A stretch of DNA of 64,000 nt from Octopus sinensis (Eukaryota): assembly GCF_006345805.1 (NCBI RefSeq), contig NC_042997.1, forward strand, positions 107,694,001-107,758,000, written 5' to 3'. The notes beneath the pieces were generated by a model. It worked only from the letters and a program-made list of their open reading frames with translations, was not told the origin of the DNA and ran no database searches. The position numbers and the translations under genes are program-made. Positions 1 to 50,234 of this stretch are shown here, in pieces (the first letter of the stretch is position 1; each line of letters starts with the position of its first letter).

Positions 1-430
1 TCACTGGATATGACCCCTTCCCCAATATAGCATCTCCCCACTTGTAGCAATCCTTTGTGTTGTTCAGTCTTCGGGGTTCAACTCAGTTTTACCACTTCTT
101 CCTTGTCTTCAGATTCCTTCTATTTCAATTGCTATCCTCTGCACACATCACAGCTCTGTTTTCTATCAAATACATCATATCTGAGGCCGTTTCTCTCAAC
201 CAATTTCTGCTCCATCATTCACCAATGCAAATGTTACACATGTAACCAAGCATGTTTGTTCCATTTATTTGTACTCCTCACAAATCTTTAGTCAATAACC
301 ATGTTTCACTACCATGTGGTATTGCTCTTCAAACACAACTATAATAAAATCTTCTGTGTTTAAGCCCATTACTGTGTAATGTCACTGTCCAAATACAATT
401 ATACGATCTGTCCATTTGTTGCCAGCAAAG
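1..430 (-). mobile_element. Degenerate RTE-type LINE 3' fragment
   Basis: Resembles the other RTE 3' pieces in the window; truncated by the window edge. Confidence 0.5.
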
Positions 431-1016
431 GTAATGACTCCCTAAATTTTCTTTGTCAGCAGAAGTGGGTCAGCATAATTAATAAGAATAAGCAAATAGG
501 ACCATATGTATTTTATGACACCACCAGCAGGGAAGAGGTTGTTTGTCAGGAGCAAAGTATACCCTCTCTACATGGAGTGTAGCCACTGTCCTAGGCAGGT
601 TTCTTTTGCTGTAGTTCACAGAACCCAATTCAAACCCATGCTAATGGAGTTACTGCTCATCTTGATGGTTGCTAGTGAGTCCAACTGCTCAACCAGGCTG
701 TCTTCAACATGTTGCTTCAAGGAGTGCACAGCATAGGGTCAAAGAATAGTTGAGGGTGCTCTGTCTGATGATGGGAGTGGGGGGGTGCTTACAGTAGAAT
801 AGGTGTTTAGCATGTGAATTCCTTGAGCTGAACTAAATAGGAAAAGGTTTCAATTGAAATACAACACTTTAATTACAAGTTTTAATGAAATAAAAATAGA
901 CAGGAAAATAGAAGAGACGACCAATAAAAACTAATTAAGACACAGGTAAATGACAATCGAGAAGCTGAACTGATTATTGTGACCTAATTTCAAATGAATC
1001 AGCAAAAATAACTTAC

Positions 1017-1129
1017 TTTTTATATCCTCTGCATATTTTGCAAGCTGTTCAACAAGTCGGAGAAAAACAGTTTTCTTAACACTGCAAGTCTCTCGCAATT
1101 TAAGTCGGTCAATTTTATATTTATATTTT
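1017..1129 (-). CDS. ORC6: ORC6 coding exon 5 (KYKYKIDRLKLRETCSVKKTVFLRLVEQLAKYAEDIK); remaining exons not found in window
   Basis: tttcag acceptor and gtaagt donor. 113 nt. Matches ORC6 KVDKNKMVATSGVKKAIFDRLCKQL. Confidence 0.9.
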
Positions 1130-1539
1130 CTGAAAATAAATAACAAGAAAATGAATTGTTTCACTGATTCAGATGGTATTTTTCTTTACTCTCTAAACTC
1201 TCATTTGCCAATTATTGATCTGAAACAAACATACACAACATCTTGAATAATTCCAAACATAGTCATTCTTTAATATGAACTATATAGTTGAACAACAGAA
1301 GCCATAGAAAACAGGTAAACCCCATGTTTTTAGCAGATTCTGAAGTGATGAAGTTATGCCTAAGGTATCTTCATCACTTCTTTCTCCCAGTCTTGGAGGA
1401 ATTCAAAATGGTCATTAATGTTACTACAGGTATGAAAAACAGTAACAGATCAACCAACTGTCTGACAAGCCTTTGTTCATGTGGACTAACTTACTTTCTA
1501 ATTCTGTCAGTCATATACCAATAATATACCGGAATAATA

Positions 1540-3212
1540 ATAATAATCAAAACATTGTGTACAGTGCTCAGGTGCACTACAACTCATCTAAAGTGTATGT
1601 ATAATCAGGTGTAGTTTCGGTGGATTTCGGAAAGCATGAGGGCCTTAAAGGATGCAGTGTCATGGCAGTCAACAACTGACGCAGGCAGTTTGTTCCATGC
1701 TTCAGCAACTCTGAGCGTGAAAAAATGTTTCCAAAAGTCATGGGAGCTGTGTTGTTTTCTGACTTTGTAGGCATGTCCATGTGTGTTAGACACATGAAGA
1801 TCAAAAAGGTGTTCAGTGTTGTTGTTGGTGAGGTGGTTGATAACTTTGTGGGTGTTTACCAAGTCCATCGCCAGACGCCGGAGCTTCAGTGAATCCATGC
1901 CCAGGGAAACAAAGCGCTCAGAGTATGGTAGGTGTCTGATGGAGGGTATGCGTTTGGTTGCACGTCTCTGAACAGATTCCAGGAGGTCAATGTTCTGAGC
2001 AAGATAGGGCTTCCAAACTGATGATGTGAATTCCAAGTGTGGTCGTACCATGGCTGTATACAGTTTTAAATAGATGGCTGGAGAGCGGCTAACAAAAGTC
2101 TTGCTGAGTGATGCCAAGACACCCTCGGCCTTCTTGACAATTTCAGAGATATGCTTTGTCCAACGCAAATCACTGCTGACAGTGATGCCTAGGTCACGCT
2201 CGCAAGAGGATTTCTTGATATCAGTGTTGTGGAGGGAGTATGTGGACGCAGGGTTTTTCTCCCAAAATGCATGGTGGTACACTTGTCCACAGCCAGTTTC
2301 AGTTGCCAGTCTGTGATCCATTGCTGCATTGTGTCCAGGTCTGATTGCAGGAAAGAGCTGTAGACAACAGGATCTGTCCTCTTGATTTCAAGGTACAGCT
2401 TGATGTCGTCTGTATATTTCAATACGGTGGCATTCTTTAAACTGGCATCTATGTCATTAATGTATGCCACAAACAAGAGGGGACCAAGGACAGATCCCTG
2501 TGGTACACCCGATGACATCTCATATGGTGTAGAATGCTGTCCTAGAACTGTGACTACCTCCTTTCGGCTGAGAATGAAGGATTTCAACCAGTTAAAAATA
2601 TCATCCCTCACACCCATTGCAAAGAGTTTCACCATAAGCCTTTTGTGTGGCACAGAGTTGAAAGCCTTAGCAAAGTCAAGGTAGACAACATCCACCCATG
2701 AGCCACTGTCAGTGATCTGAGTAATGTCCTCAAGGAACTCGACAAGCTGATCACTGCAGCTGGAGTTAGGGACAAATCCATATTGTGAGGGTCGCATGAG
2801 ACTGTGACAGCTCCAGAAGTTCCAAAGTGTTTCTCTGACACACGATTCCTTCAGTTTTGCAATACAGCTAGTGAGACTGACTGGGCGATAGTTGACAGGT
2901 GATGTGCGGTCGCCCTTTTTGAACAGAGGAATGACACTGGCAGTTTTCCACTGCTCCAGAGTAGCACCATTGTTGAGACAGTGCTGGAAAAAAATAGAAA
3001 GCTGGTGTAAAAGGAAGTACTTGCCACGTTTGAGAAGCAGGTATGCAACTCCATCAAGACCAGTGGAGGCATAGTTGCGCTTATTTTGAAGGTGACGTTG
3101 CAGCATTGCAGGTGTAAATTCCATAGTTATTATGGAATTTGCTGTTAGAGATGGTGAAGATGGTACATTTTGACTTTCAACAGTGAATATGTTTGCATAG
3201 CACTCGGCAATG
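1540..3212 (-). mobile_element. CR1/L2-group LINE, 5'-truncated RT region with frameshift, in ORC6 intron 4
   Basis: ORFs 2189-3124 and 1605-2321 carry YLDFAKAFNSVPH, SGVPQGSVLGPLLF, KYTDD (YADD variant) and LESVQRRATK. No endonuclease seen. Confidence 0.9.
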
Positions 3213-3569
3213 AGTTACATCCCAAGTAACTTAGCAATTCGGCAAAAAGAGAGCGATAGAATATGATGTATCATCATCGTTTAACATTCACTTTCCGTGC
3301 TAGCACAGGTTGGACAGTTCAACCAGGATCTGGGAAGCCAGGAGGCTGCACCAGGCTCCAATCTGATCTGGCAGAGTTTCTACAGCCGGATGCCCTTCCT
3401 AACGCCAACCACTTTGAGAGTATAGTGGGTGCGTTGTACGTGCGACCGCAGGCTTTAAAATAATAAGTACCGGGATTCAATTCATTCAACTGAAAATTCT
3501 TCAAAGAGATGCCCCAGCATGGCCACACTAATAATTGAAAAAAGATAAAAGCTGATGCAAGCAACTTAC

Positions 3570-3659
3570 AGACAAGCAGCTTCAACTGCAGCAGCCAAGA
3601 AAAGTGTTGATCTGTAGTCAACGTCAGCACAACCATTCTTTACTATTTCTGACTGGTAC
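3570..3659 (-). CDS. ORC6: ORC6 coding exon 4 (YQSEIVKNGCADVDYRSTLFLAAAVEAAC-L)
   Basis: tttcag acceptor and gtaagt donor. 90 nt, in frame. Matches ORC6 DLDLSRPLFTSAALLSAC. Confidence 0.9.
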
Positions 3660-4232
3660 CTGAAATAAAAGGCATGAAAACAGTTTAGCTTTTGTGGAGC
3701 TTTGTTTTGGCGAGTGTTTTGCATCCATTATTGGCGCCAGCAAGTCTGCAATTCTCAATTCCAAACATTGGCAGAGAATTCTATTCTTACTGGCAACAAT
3801 CTCTCCATTTCAATGAAGGCATGGAAAGGAGATTAAAAAACAACTTAGCATCAAGCCACATTACTTCATTCTGAATGAATCTAAATGAGATATTTATATA
3901 TATATATATTGTATATGCATCATCGGATACCCTCCCACTCTTATCTACCATTCACTACATCCATTCCTCATCTTTTGCTCAGCCATGCCTTTTTCAAACT
4001 TCTATCAACCCACAAATATGGTTCTTCTGTCCCCACTTCTACTCACAGGGCAAGTCTACCAAGGTGAACATTCAACTAAACTAGATTAAGTATAAACATA
4101 CAATCCGACCATACCACGTTAAACGATGATGATGACGACAAGCTAAGCACAATTTAAATAGGATAAGCTTTGCTTGTGTGTATGAAGGGGTACCCAAAAG
4201 TAAGTGGAAACATTTTCTATGGGACAAGCCCA

Positions 4233-5008
4233 ATGTTGGAGATTAAGAATATGCAAAAATTTAAATTTCACCCCCACCATTTAAAATTTTGATTACTTTA
4301 AAGAGATTGTAGTGAATTGATGAACATACGCAAATTGAAACTAAATATGATAAAAACATTAAAGTGAAAAGAATTCACCTTTTTCTTGCGTTTGCCTTAA
4401 AATAATAATTAAATGTAAATTCACCATTTTATGAGAAACTAACATTATTTACATTTGACGGATATTTGTCCTCATCTTGTTTGTTGTTAAGACAATGTTT
4501 CAGCTGATATACCCTCCAGCCTTCATGGAAAATATTAACATGATTAATAATTAATGTTATAAACTTTAATAAGGGGGTCAATTTCACCCCCCCCCCAATT
4601 TTAAATTTTGAACTTTTTCATCTATTTATCCCTATCTGTTTATTTATAAAATATATTTGCCAACTGAATGTGGCGGTCCTATAGAGGATGGTGTTACTGT
4701 TGTTTTTAGCCCCAGGAAGACATTCATATCTATCTCTTTATACACATATCTATATGCTTATTGAATTTAAAATTTTGAAAACATGGTTTCTTGCATATTC
4801 AAAAAACAGGAGAAACACAGGAAAAAAGATTTCGAAAACAGTTAAAAATTTTTAATTGGGAGGCGGGGGTTAAAAAATTTTGTTTTTGCATATTCGTAAT
4901 CTCCGACATCTAAAACGTAGGAATCCGAAATAATTTTTTCAAGACAAAAAAAAAAAAATAGAAAAAAAAAGCATTTTTTCAGAAAAGGTGCGATTCTGCA
5001 GTAGCCCC
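4233..5008. mobile_element. Old DNA-transposon remnant with internal inverted repeats
   Basis: atgttggagattaagaatatgcaaaaa (about 4233-4259) is inverted to tttttgcatattcgtaatctccgacat (about 4885-4911). Family unassigned. Confidence 0.4.
4450..4526 (-). ncRNA. Degenerate, 5'-truncated hammerhead-ribozyme-like remnant (probably Penelope-type repeat)
   Basis: Minus strand reads AUGA-AGGCUG-GAGGGUAUAU-CAGCU-GAAAC...CCGUC. The CUG of CUGAUGA is missing. Confidence 0.5.
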
Positions 5009-5270
5009 TGGAGATCATGCTTCACCAGTTGAAACCATATCAGTTAATGACTAATATTTCAATTATATTATTTCCTCAAGAGAGACAACTCCAAATATGT
5101 TTCAATAGTATAACCTCAACAGTGACAGTATTTGCGTAACTAGTGATGACAAATCTCTAAGATGCATCATAATGAACATAGGATGGCATGAAAAAAACCC
5201 CAAAAAAACAATAGTATTTACTTTTCTAATACTTAAAAAAAAAGACCATACACAAGTATTTACTATTTAC

Positions 5271-5434
5271 CTGTTGAGTGTTTCCTGAGCCACATCAGCG
5301 ATGTCTGTACACCCAAACTGTACGCAAAGTTCTCGAATGGAGGATTTTTGTTGTTCTCCCAACAAACTTTCAACAGCTTTGAAAGAATTTAAATATGCCT
5401 TTTTATTCAAGCCTGACAGTTTTATGGCCATCGA
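5271..5434 (-). CDS. ORC6: ORC6 coding exon 3 (SMAIKLSGLNKKAYLNSFKAVESLLGEQQKSSIRELCVQFGCTDIADVAQETLN-R)
   Basis: AG/GT bounded, 164 nt. IKLSGLNK and IRELCVQFGC are ORC6 hallmarks (human IKLSGLNK, IRDLAVQFSC). Confidence 0.95.
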
Positions 5435-6122
5435 CTGGATTAAAAAAGAGAAAAAAATTTTCTGTCGTATAAATTACACACACAATTTTAAAACTAAAAG
5501 AGTTGTTCAACCCTGAGTCCCAACTTTACACATTTAATTAAGTCAACATATCAGGACTTCGTGGATAATAAAGATTAAATAGTCAAAACTATTGAAAAGG
5601 TTGCAAGACAACGAAAATTTTAAGAAAATAAAAAAATAAAATAGTGGAAATTTTACCGGTGAGTGTGTTAGATTATAAGGCACAAAAAGAAAATGACTCT
5701 CCCCAGACACAACAAAGATTAAATGCAAATAATTTTCTGGGGCAGAGAGAGTAGAAGGAATGCAACACATTCTTAGAACATCACAGAGTTCGCTTATAAT
5801 GGGAGTGATGCACGGGAGGATTGAAAAAGAGGGGGAGGGCGAATAAACTGATCCACCACCATGGCGAAGAAGCAAGTAATTACACCAATGTAAAATATTC
5901 TCAACAAAGGACGGGGCTGATATTTATCAGCTCAAGGACCCTCGAGTCGGTGGTGCTTATGGCATTATTTGATCTTAAAATCTCTGATTATAGATTATCT
6001 TTCCAGCTCCTAGAATGGATGGACGTCTGTATCCATTTGTGTTGTATGTCGCCAACAAAATATATGATTTACAAAAATGAAGAAAAATATAGAAGAGATG
6101 AATATCATTTCGATTAACCTAC

Positions 6123-6270
6123 CTTGTCCGATTCTTTAAGATGACATCCAAGTTTGTTGGCTGCCAGATCCAAAGCTATGACACATTTACAAGACTGGCT
6201 TAATCGAAGAGCTGACAAAGAAATTACATTTGGACCGCTTTCCATCTTGCGACAGATTTCATTGGCATAT
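6123..6270 (-). CDS. ORC6: ORC6 coding exon 2 (YANEICRKMESGPNVISLSALRLSQSCKCVIALDLAANKLGCHLKESDK)
   Basis: ttccag acceptor and gtaggt donor. 148 nt, frame continuous with exons 1 and 3. CVIALDLAA matches ORC6 AVMCLDLAA. Confidence 0.9.
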
Positions 6271-6402
6271 CTGGAATAAGATTTATCGTTTTCTTACATT
6301 CAAATATATTAATACATTTACGTTAGAAGCTAAATAAGAAATAAATGAATATATTTTAACGTCAACAATTTCGATATATATATATAAAAAAGATATATTT
6401 AC

Positions 6403-6455
6403 TTGAGGACTGAAACACTTGTTAATCCGAGTTTTGTTCCCAAGACTTGAAGCAT
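6403..6455 (-). CDS. ORC6: ORC6 coding exon 1 (MLQVLGTKLGLTSVSVL-K)
   Basis: ATG at 6455-6453 and GT donor (gtaaat) after 6403. 53 nt, phase 2. The LGL motif matches the ORC6 N-terminus (human RLGLAEPDMLR). Confidence 0.8.
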
Positions 6456-6732
6456 TTTGTCAGAGATTTGAACAAAAATGTTTCCCCGCTACAACACAGC
6501 TGTTCACCTCTAACACATTAGATTTCCCGCGAAATATTGAATGATGGGAAAAAAATTAATATATTTTTATTATTTAATAAATATCTGTTGGATAATAATT
6601 TTTTTTAGATAAATATAGCTATCTTATGAAAATCACCCAATCCAAATGTTTTATTTTATTTTCGATTCTATTCCAAACCCGACTGGTGATATAATCTCGT
6701 CCTGCCGAGTGTACTAATCACATGATTTCATC
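6456..6732. promoter_or_regulatory. Bidirectional ORC6/VPS35 promoter and 5' UTRs, with a double E2F-type site TTTCCCGCGAAA (6523-6534) and CCAAT (6637-6641)
   Basis: Lies between divergent start codons in a locally CpG-retaining region (about 5.8-7.6 kb). Motifs read directly; function is inferred. Confidence 0.7.
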
Positions 6733-44657
<37,925 letters not shown>

Positions 44658-46356
44658 GAAACTCTAAATCAATTCTAACTACCATCATGTTTTTTTGTTT
44701 CATTGATGTTAGCCATCTGACACTAGAGAATTGTTCTCTCCATCCTTTGGCTGTAAGTAATTTCTGAATGCTGCTATATGTGATTTAGGTGGGGCATTTT
44801 TTTTTTCTTTTTATATAATCACCTAACTCATGATGTATTATAGAAAGGACTTTTTGAGGAAAGAAACAAACAAGAAAATAGAAAGGTGCATAGACCTTGT
44901 TGAGTATTATTATTATTATCATTATTATTATATAAACTTTATTATTCTATGAAGAAAAACAAAATCATGATTTGTATTTAAGAAGAAATAATGAAGTCTA
45001 AATTGTAAATGACTTTCTGGTTGTTATATTTTTATTTAATTGTAAACTGCAAATATACAAAATCTAAATTGATTGGGTTCAAATTGCCAGCAATAAATAT
45101 AATTTCTGTTGGGAATGAGAAAATCTTCTTCAGCTGAACAGAATGTTTCAGCTTTCCTTCTTTTGTTGCCTGCAGTTGAGGCAATTTTCTGGCAATTTTT
45201 CATCAACCCATTTTTAACTCATCTTTTCTTCATTTTTGTTTGTTCTTGTTGATAATTTCTGTTGCTAATTCTTTAATTAATAACAACTATTCTCTCAAAA
45301 GTGACAATATTACTGCCTTCATTGCAAATCTTTACTAATCTGGAATTGAACTCCAATCAGGAGTCTCACAAAACTATCCTAAATAATAGTTCCACAACAA
45401 AAAACACTCTTTGCAATTTCACTTGCATTTGGTGCTCAAAACAACAGAATTTTCTTATTGTTTTTTTTTTGTTCTCATTTTTTAAATATTAAGAAACCTA
45501 GAATTCCTTTAAAACATGTTTCAGTCAGTTGGAGGACAAAGTTGTTTTTGAGTGCTTCTCATCTCTCATCGCAAGCATTTCAATGTGTGAGTTTGTGATG
45601 ATCTAATTGTTCATACTCCAACTGAAATTTATTTTACAACTGTAATCTACAGTTTGTAAGTTTGGCTTCTTTACAGCACATTGAGACCTGTTCTGTTTTT
45701 AATGTTTTAATAGAAATCATGCAGATTTATTAGGAAATTAAGATATTCATTAAAAAATATCTGCTTTGTTTTATATCTGGAGTGAAAGAGAGAAATGAGT
45801 TTACTGCAAGTGTCTGGTACATTGGCCATTAGTTTGGAACAAGAAAATGTTTGTTTTAAAATTTGTGACCTCCTGATTAAGAATTAGATTAGTTTGGAAA
45901 CTGTTGGGGATCTTCTTAAATGGAATTAATTGATTGTTTGGTGGAGATATTTCTAAATTATCAATTAGAAAGTTAGTGTTGAGGTTGATGCGACTGAATA
46001 TATTCTCAAAACTCTGTGATTGATTATTACTAATTAATAAATAAAACTTGAGGAGGAAGATCAAAATATTCTTGTCGTACAAAAAGCTGAACTAAATTAC
46101 GAAGTGGAAAAGAAAAAATTTGTTTTTTTCTTTAATGAGTGCTATTTCTGTATAAGTTGTATCTGCTGCATGGTGAAACAATATGTGATTCAAGAAATTA
46201 TCTTTGTTTTGTTTATATATATATTTTTTTTTTAATTTTTATTCCCTCCTCCCCAGTTAATCTCTTCTCTTTTGTAAATTGTTATAGCATTATAACATTG
46301 CTTTCACTCTCTCGACTAAAATCTGTTAATGTTCTGGAAAAGTAAAAGATTTTTCA

Positions 46357-46385
46357 AATAAAAAATTGAAGTTTGTTTGTTTGCC
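46357..46385 (+). terminator. Candidate distal VPS35 polyadenylation signal
   Basis: AATAAA at 46357-46362 followed by a GT-rich tract (gtttgtttgtttg). A more proximal AATAAA lies at 45092-45097. No transcript data. Confidence 0.4.
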
Positions 46386-49300
46386 TTATCTACACTAATC
46401 CTCTGATTTTGTAGCCAAAAAACTGGCTGAATTCTTTCTCACCTGCAATTTTCTGTGTTCAACTAACAACAAAATATCTTTTTCTTTGCATTTCTAATTT
46501 AATAACCCAGTTCTCTTCATTTGGCATACGAAGAAAGTTGTGTTGGAAGTGTAAACCTTTTCACAAAAATAGGAGTTAAGAAAATGTAAGACAAAGGATT
46601 TAACTAATCGTAAATCCTTCTTAATCTGGTAAGAGTTAAAAACTCAGAATGAGATACAATTTCTAAATCAAAAGAATCTTCTAAAATTATGAGGTTCTCT
46701 ACAAAATTAAACAAAAATAAAATGGATTTTGATGCAGTGTGGTGATATATAAACATTTTATTGGGAGGTAAAAAGTATTTTGATGGAGAAAGAAGCCAAG
46801 AATTTAGAAACGGATATGACTGACTGTGTTTTGAGTTGAGATTTTGCCTTGAAAAAATATAGATACATGCGTGGAGATATGAATATTTATTGATGCTTTG
46901 TGATTGGAATTGAATTTTAAATATGGTTAAAGAAATGTATTGAAATTATTGGGGAATCTTTATTCATAAATGCTACTCTTGAAATATATATTGCATTCTT
47001 TCATTTGATATGAGATCACGAGTGGAATGTGGTCAACGTGATGTAACACTAGTTTAGTTGCTATCAGCATTAGGACAACAAACTGAATATTATTAAATAT
47101 GGCTGCATTTGAAAAGAAGAAAATATCTTCTCAACCACTGTACTTGATAGATAAATATCATTTTTGTTTTTAAAGGTTACTTATCTAAAACAGAATTATC
47201 ATCATTATAATATCCACTTTTCCATGCTTACAAGGACCATACTTAATTTATTGGGGCAGATTTTCTACAGCTGGATGCTCTTCCTGTCACCAACCATTAT
47301 TACTAATTTCCAAGCAAGATATTTTCCATACTGCCTGTATGATCAACACAAAGATGTGCTCCATCATGGCCACAGACTTAGGGCTGAAACAATTAAAAGC
47401 ATAGATATCGTTTGGCTAAAATTCTTTAAGGCAGTGCCCCAGCATGGCTGCAGTCTAATTAAAAGAAATCTATCTATCTATATATATATATATATATATA
47501 TAGGCTTCTTTCACTTTTTATCTACTAAATCTAATGTAATGGTTGGTTAGTAGGTCGAAGATCTTTGTCCAATGTGTCATATAGTGGGACTGAATCCAAG
47601 GCTTTGTGTTCAGAAACCAACTTCTTAACCACATAGTCACTCTCAGACAAAATGCCTGTACTGTTTCGAAATACTGCTTTACATTCAGATAAAGTCCCCG
47701 TCGTGTACTGGAATATATTCATGAAATACCTTAGACGGGGATGGAAATATCATAATTAACTTCCCCACCTCACACATATACCTCTATCAATTTTTGTGTG
47801 TCATGTAACAGTCTTGGTCTGATATTTTCTTTTTGCGTATGTGGGTTATCTCTACTAACGTAACGACCCTTGATACATAACCGCTATTTTTTTTTTTGGC
47901 CTATTTCTTTATCATATTTCATCATTATCTCCCCACTTATATAATTTTGTCAATAAAACTCTATTTTAAAGTCGGAATCAATAAAATTCGTTGCACCACC
48001 ACAACACAGAGAGAGAGAAAGAGTTATAACTTACGTTCAATGATAATTGCAGTAGCAGTAGCTAAACAGCATCTTGGATATAGACTGGAAAGCGATATAT
48101 TAAACGTGGAATAAATAATTTGAAATGTACGATCATTTTATAAACACCGACTAATTATAACCCTGTTGCAGTTTCTGTGGCCTTACGACGGTGCTTCTGC
48201 TAAAAGGGAAACGACATGTTGCGTTGTTGCTGAAGGGAACCGAGTGGTTGTTTTAACTTAGATCGGTTGTAATTAAGGTGAACTTCAGTAACGAGGAATA
48301 TAACAGGTATTAAACAGTAATCAATGTTGGAGGAAGATATTTATAAAATCGTTTGAAAATATTAAACAATTCCAGATATTACGAAATAATTGGCTTTTTA
48401 ACATTTTCGGGATGAAGGGTGGCATGTAAATTGTTTTTATTCCCCCACCATCAAACTCTGACAAAGTTTTCAATTTAATCATTATCTTGTAAACTTACAC
48501 AATTTTTATTTTTCGTTTCTAAAACAAGTCCAAGATAAACAAAAACGTCATGAAATTAGCAAATGGGTTATTTAAAAACATTGGTTGACCGGCTTATTGA
48601 AAAAAAATTAGGTCTTAACAGATATGTAACTAATGCACATTATTATTAGAAAGTAACATTTTGATGTAATTTAGAAATTATTAAATATTTCAAATTACTA
48701 AAATAATTTTTTTCGTTTGTTGTCAGCAAGTTGAACCGGAATAAAGGCCACGCTGTTAGTTAAGTTACTGGAGGTAGAGATGTGATATTTTAAATTTGAA
48801 TATCTGACACAGGCCTGAAATTTCGGGGGAGGTGGCTAATTAATTAAATGGACTCCAGTAGTTCACCGGTCTTATTTTATCGACCCTGAAAGAATGACAA
48901 GCAAAGTCGACCTCGCCGGAAATTTAACTCAAAGCGTAAAGACAGACGAAATTCTGGTGAGCATTTTATCCGGCGTGTCAACTTGCTGCATTAAATAGCA
49001 TGAAGGATAAAATTAACATTGAAACTGTTAATTAGTCGTTTTTTACACAACGGCAACAATTTCTACTATTTAATAGCTTATTTTTTTTAAAAATCTGTTA
49101 ACTCGATCGTTTATTAAAGTTTGCCTGTAATTTCTTCCCCTCTCCAGATTGGTTAAAAAAATAAACTACAGGCAATTAAAGAAATTTTAAAAAGTCTCGT
49201 TTTTTGTGTGTGAATTAGTGTAAATTACCTCCCTTGTCAGTAACGGCTTCACTAAATTGGCAACTTGGCTCTAACTCCTTGTTACATCGTCGTACACCAT

Positions 49301-50234
49301 GTTATTTCCCTCTCTCTTTCTTGCCCCTCTTGTTATTACTGTGTCTCCCTTATTGATAAATAATTTTTCCCAATCGAAATGTATCGAACTCATGTTCTGC
49401 TACATTCCCCCCACCCAAATAAAACAATGTTTTACGGTGTGAACAGTTGATAAATAGACTCTAAACTGCATTTTGAAAAACCCGTTGGCCGCCTTCTATT
49501 TGTGTTGTTTAAACAGCGGTGTTCTGTTAGCATTTCTGAAATCTGAAATTTATTTTAAAATATTGGGTATATCGATTTTACTATTACTACATCAATAATA
49601 GAGATCAAGTCCAGTGGAGGCGCTTTCTGGTGGAAGTTGGTTTTTAAATGAAAGCTGACAGCATTAAAATTAAAATTAATTGAAGATTTGTGAGGGAAAT
49701 TAATTTTTTTTATGATTACATAAAACGTTGATGCGATTTACGACGGCAAAATAATTAAAGTAATTTTTAAAATCTGTGTAAAAATCAACATACAAAGTGT
49801 TATATTTTCAAATGTAGTTAAATATGGAAATGTCTATTAACGACAATTTAAAAGCGCAAATATTTCGGCAGAAACAAACACGTGGTAAACGAGGCAGGGA
49901 AATAAGGATGCCTCCCTCACTTTTTATTACAGAGAGGCCAGGCGATATCAATTGGTGTGCTTTTCAGAACTACGGATGTGCATTGGTGTAACAATTAAGG
50001 CAAGTTTAATTCATAAATACGGCGGCCCACACCACCACCATAAAAGATGTATACACACTTTTAAAGCTGGTATTTTATTTAATTTACATTTGTTTTAGAT
50101 TTAACCCAATACATATAATGAAGAGAGCCAGACAAAGCTTTGAATGAAGGAAATCTAATGGAAGTTAAAAAATCTAGACAAAGTGTAAAGACAGTTTTAG
50201 AGCAAGTTTCAAACAGATTCCCCGACATGACTTA

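Noticed and set aside
740-830. Possible ORC6 exon 6 or terminal exon on the minus strand (TQGIHMLNTYST...)
   Set aside because: No similarity to ORC6 and no conserved C-terminal DYEEWK-like motif. Plausible splice sites alone are insufficient.
45801-46082. Minus-strand ORF resembling a signal-peptide protein
   Set aside because: It starts at TTG, not ATG, has low-complexity AT-driven composition, and lies in the probable VPS35 3' UTR.
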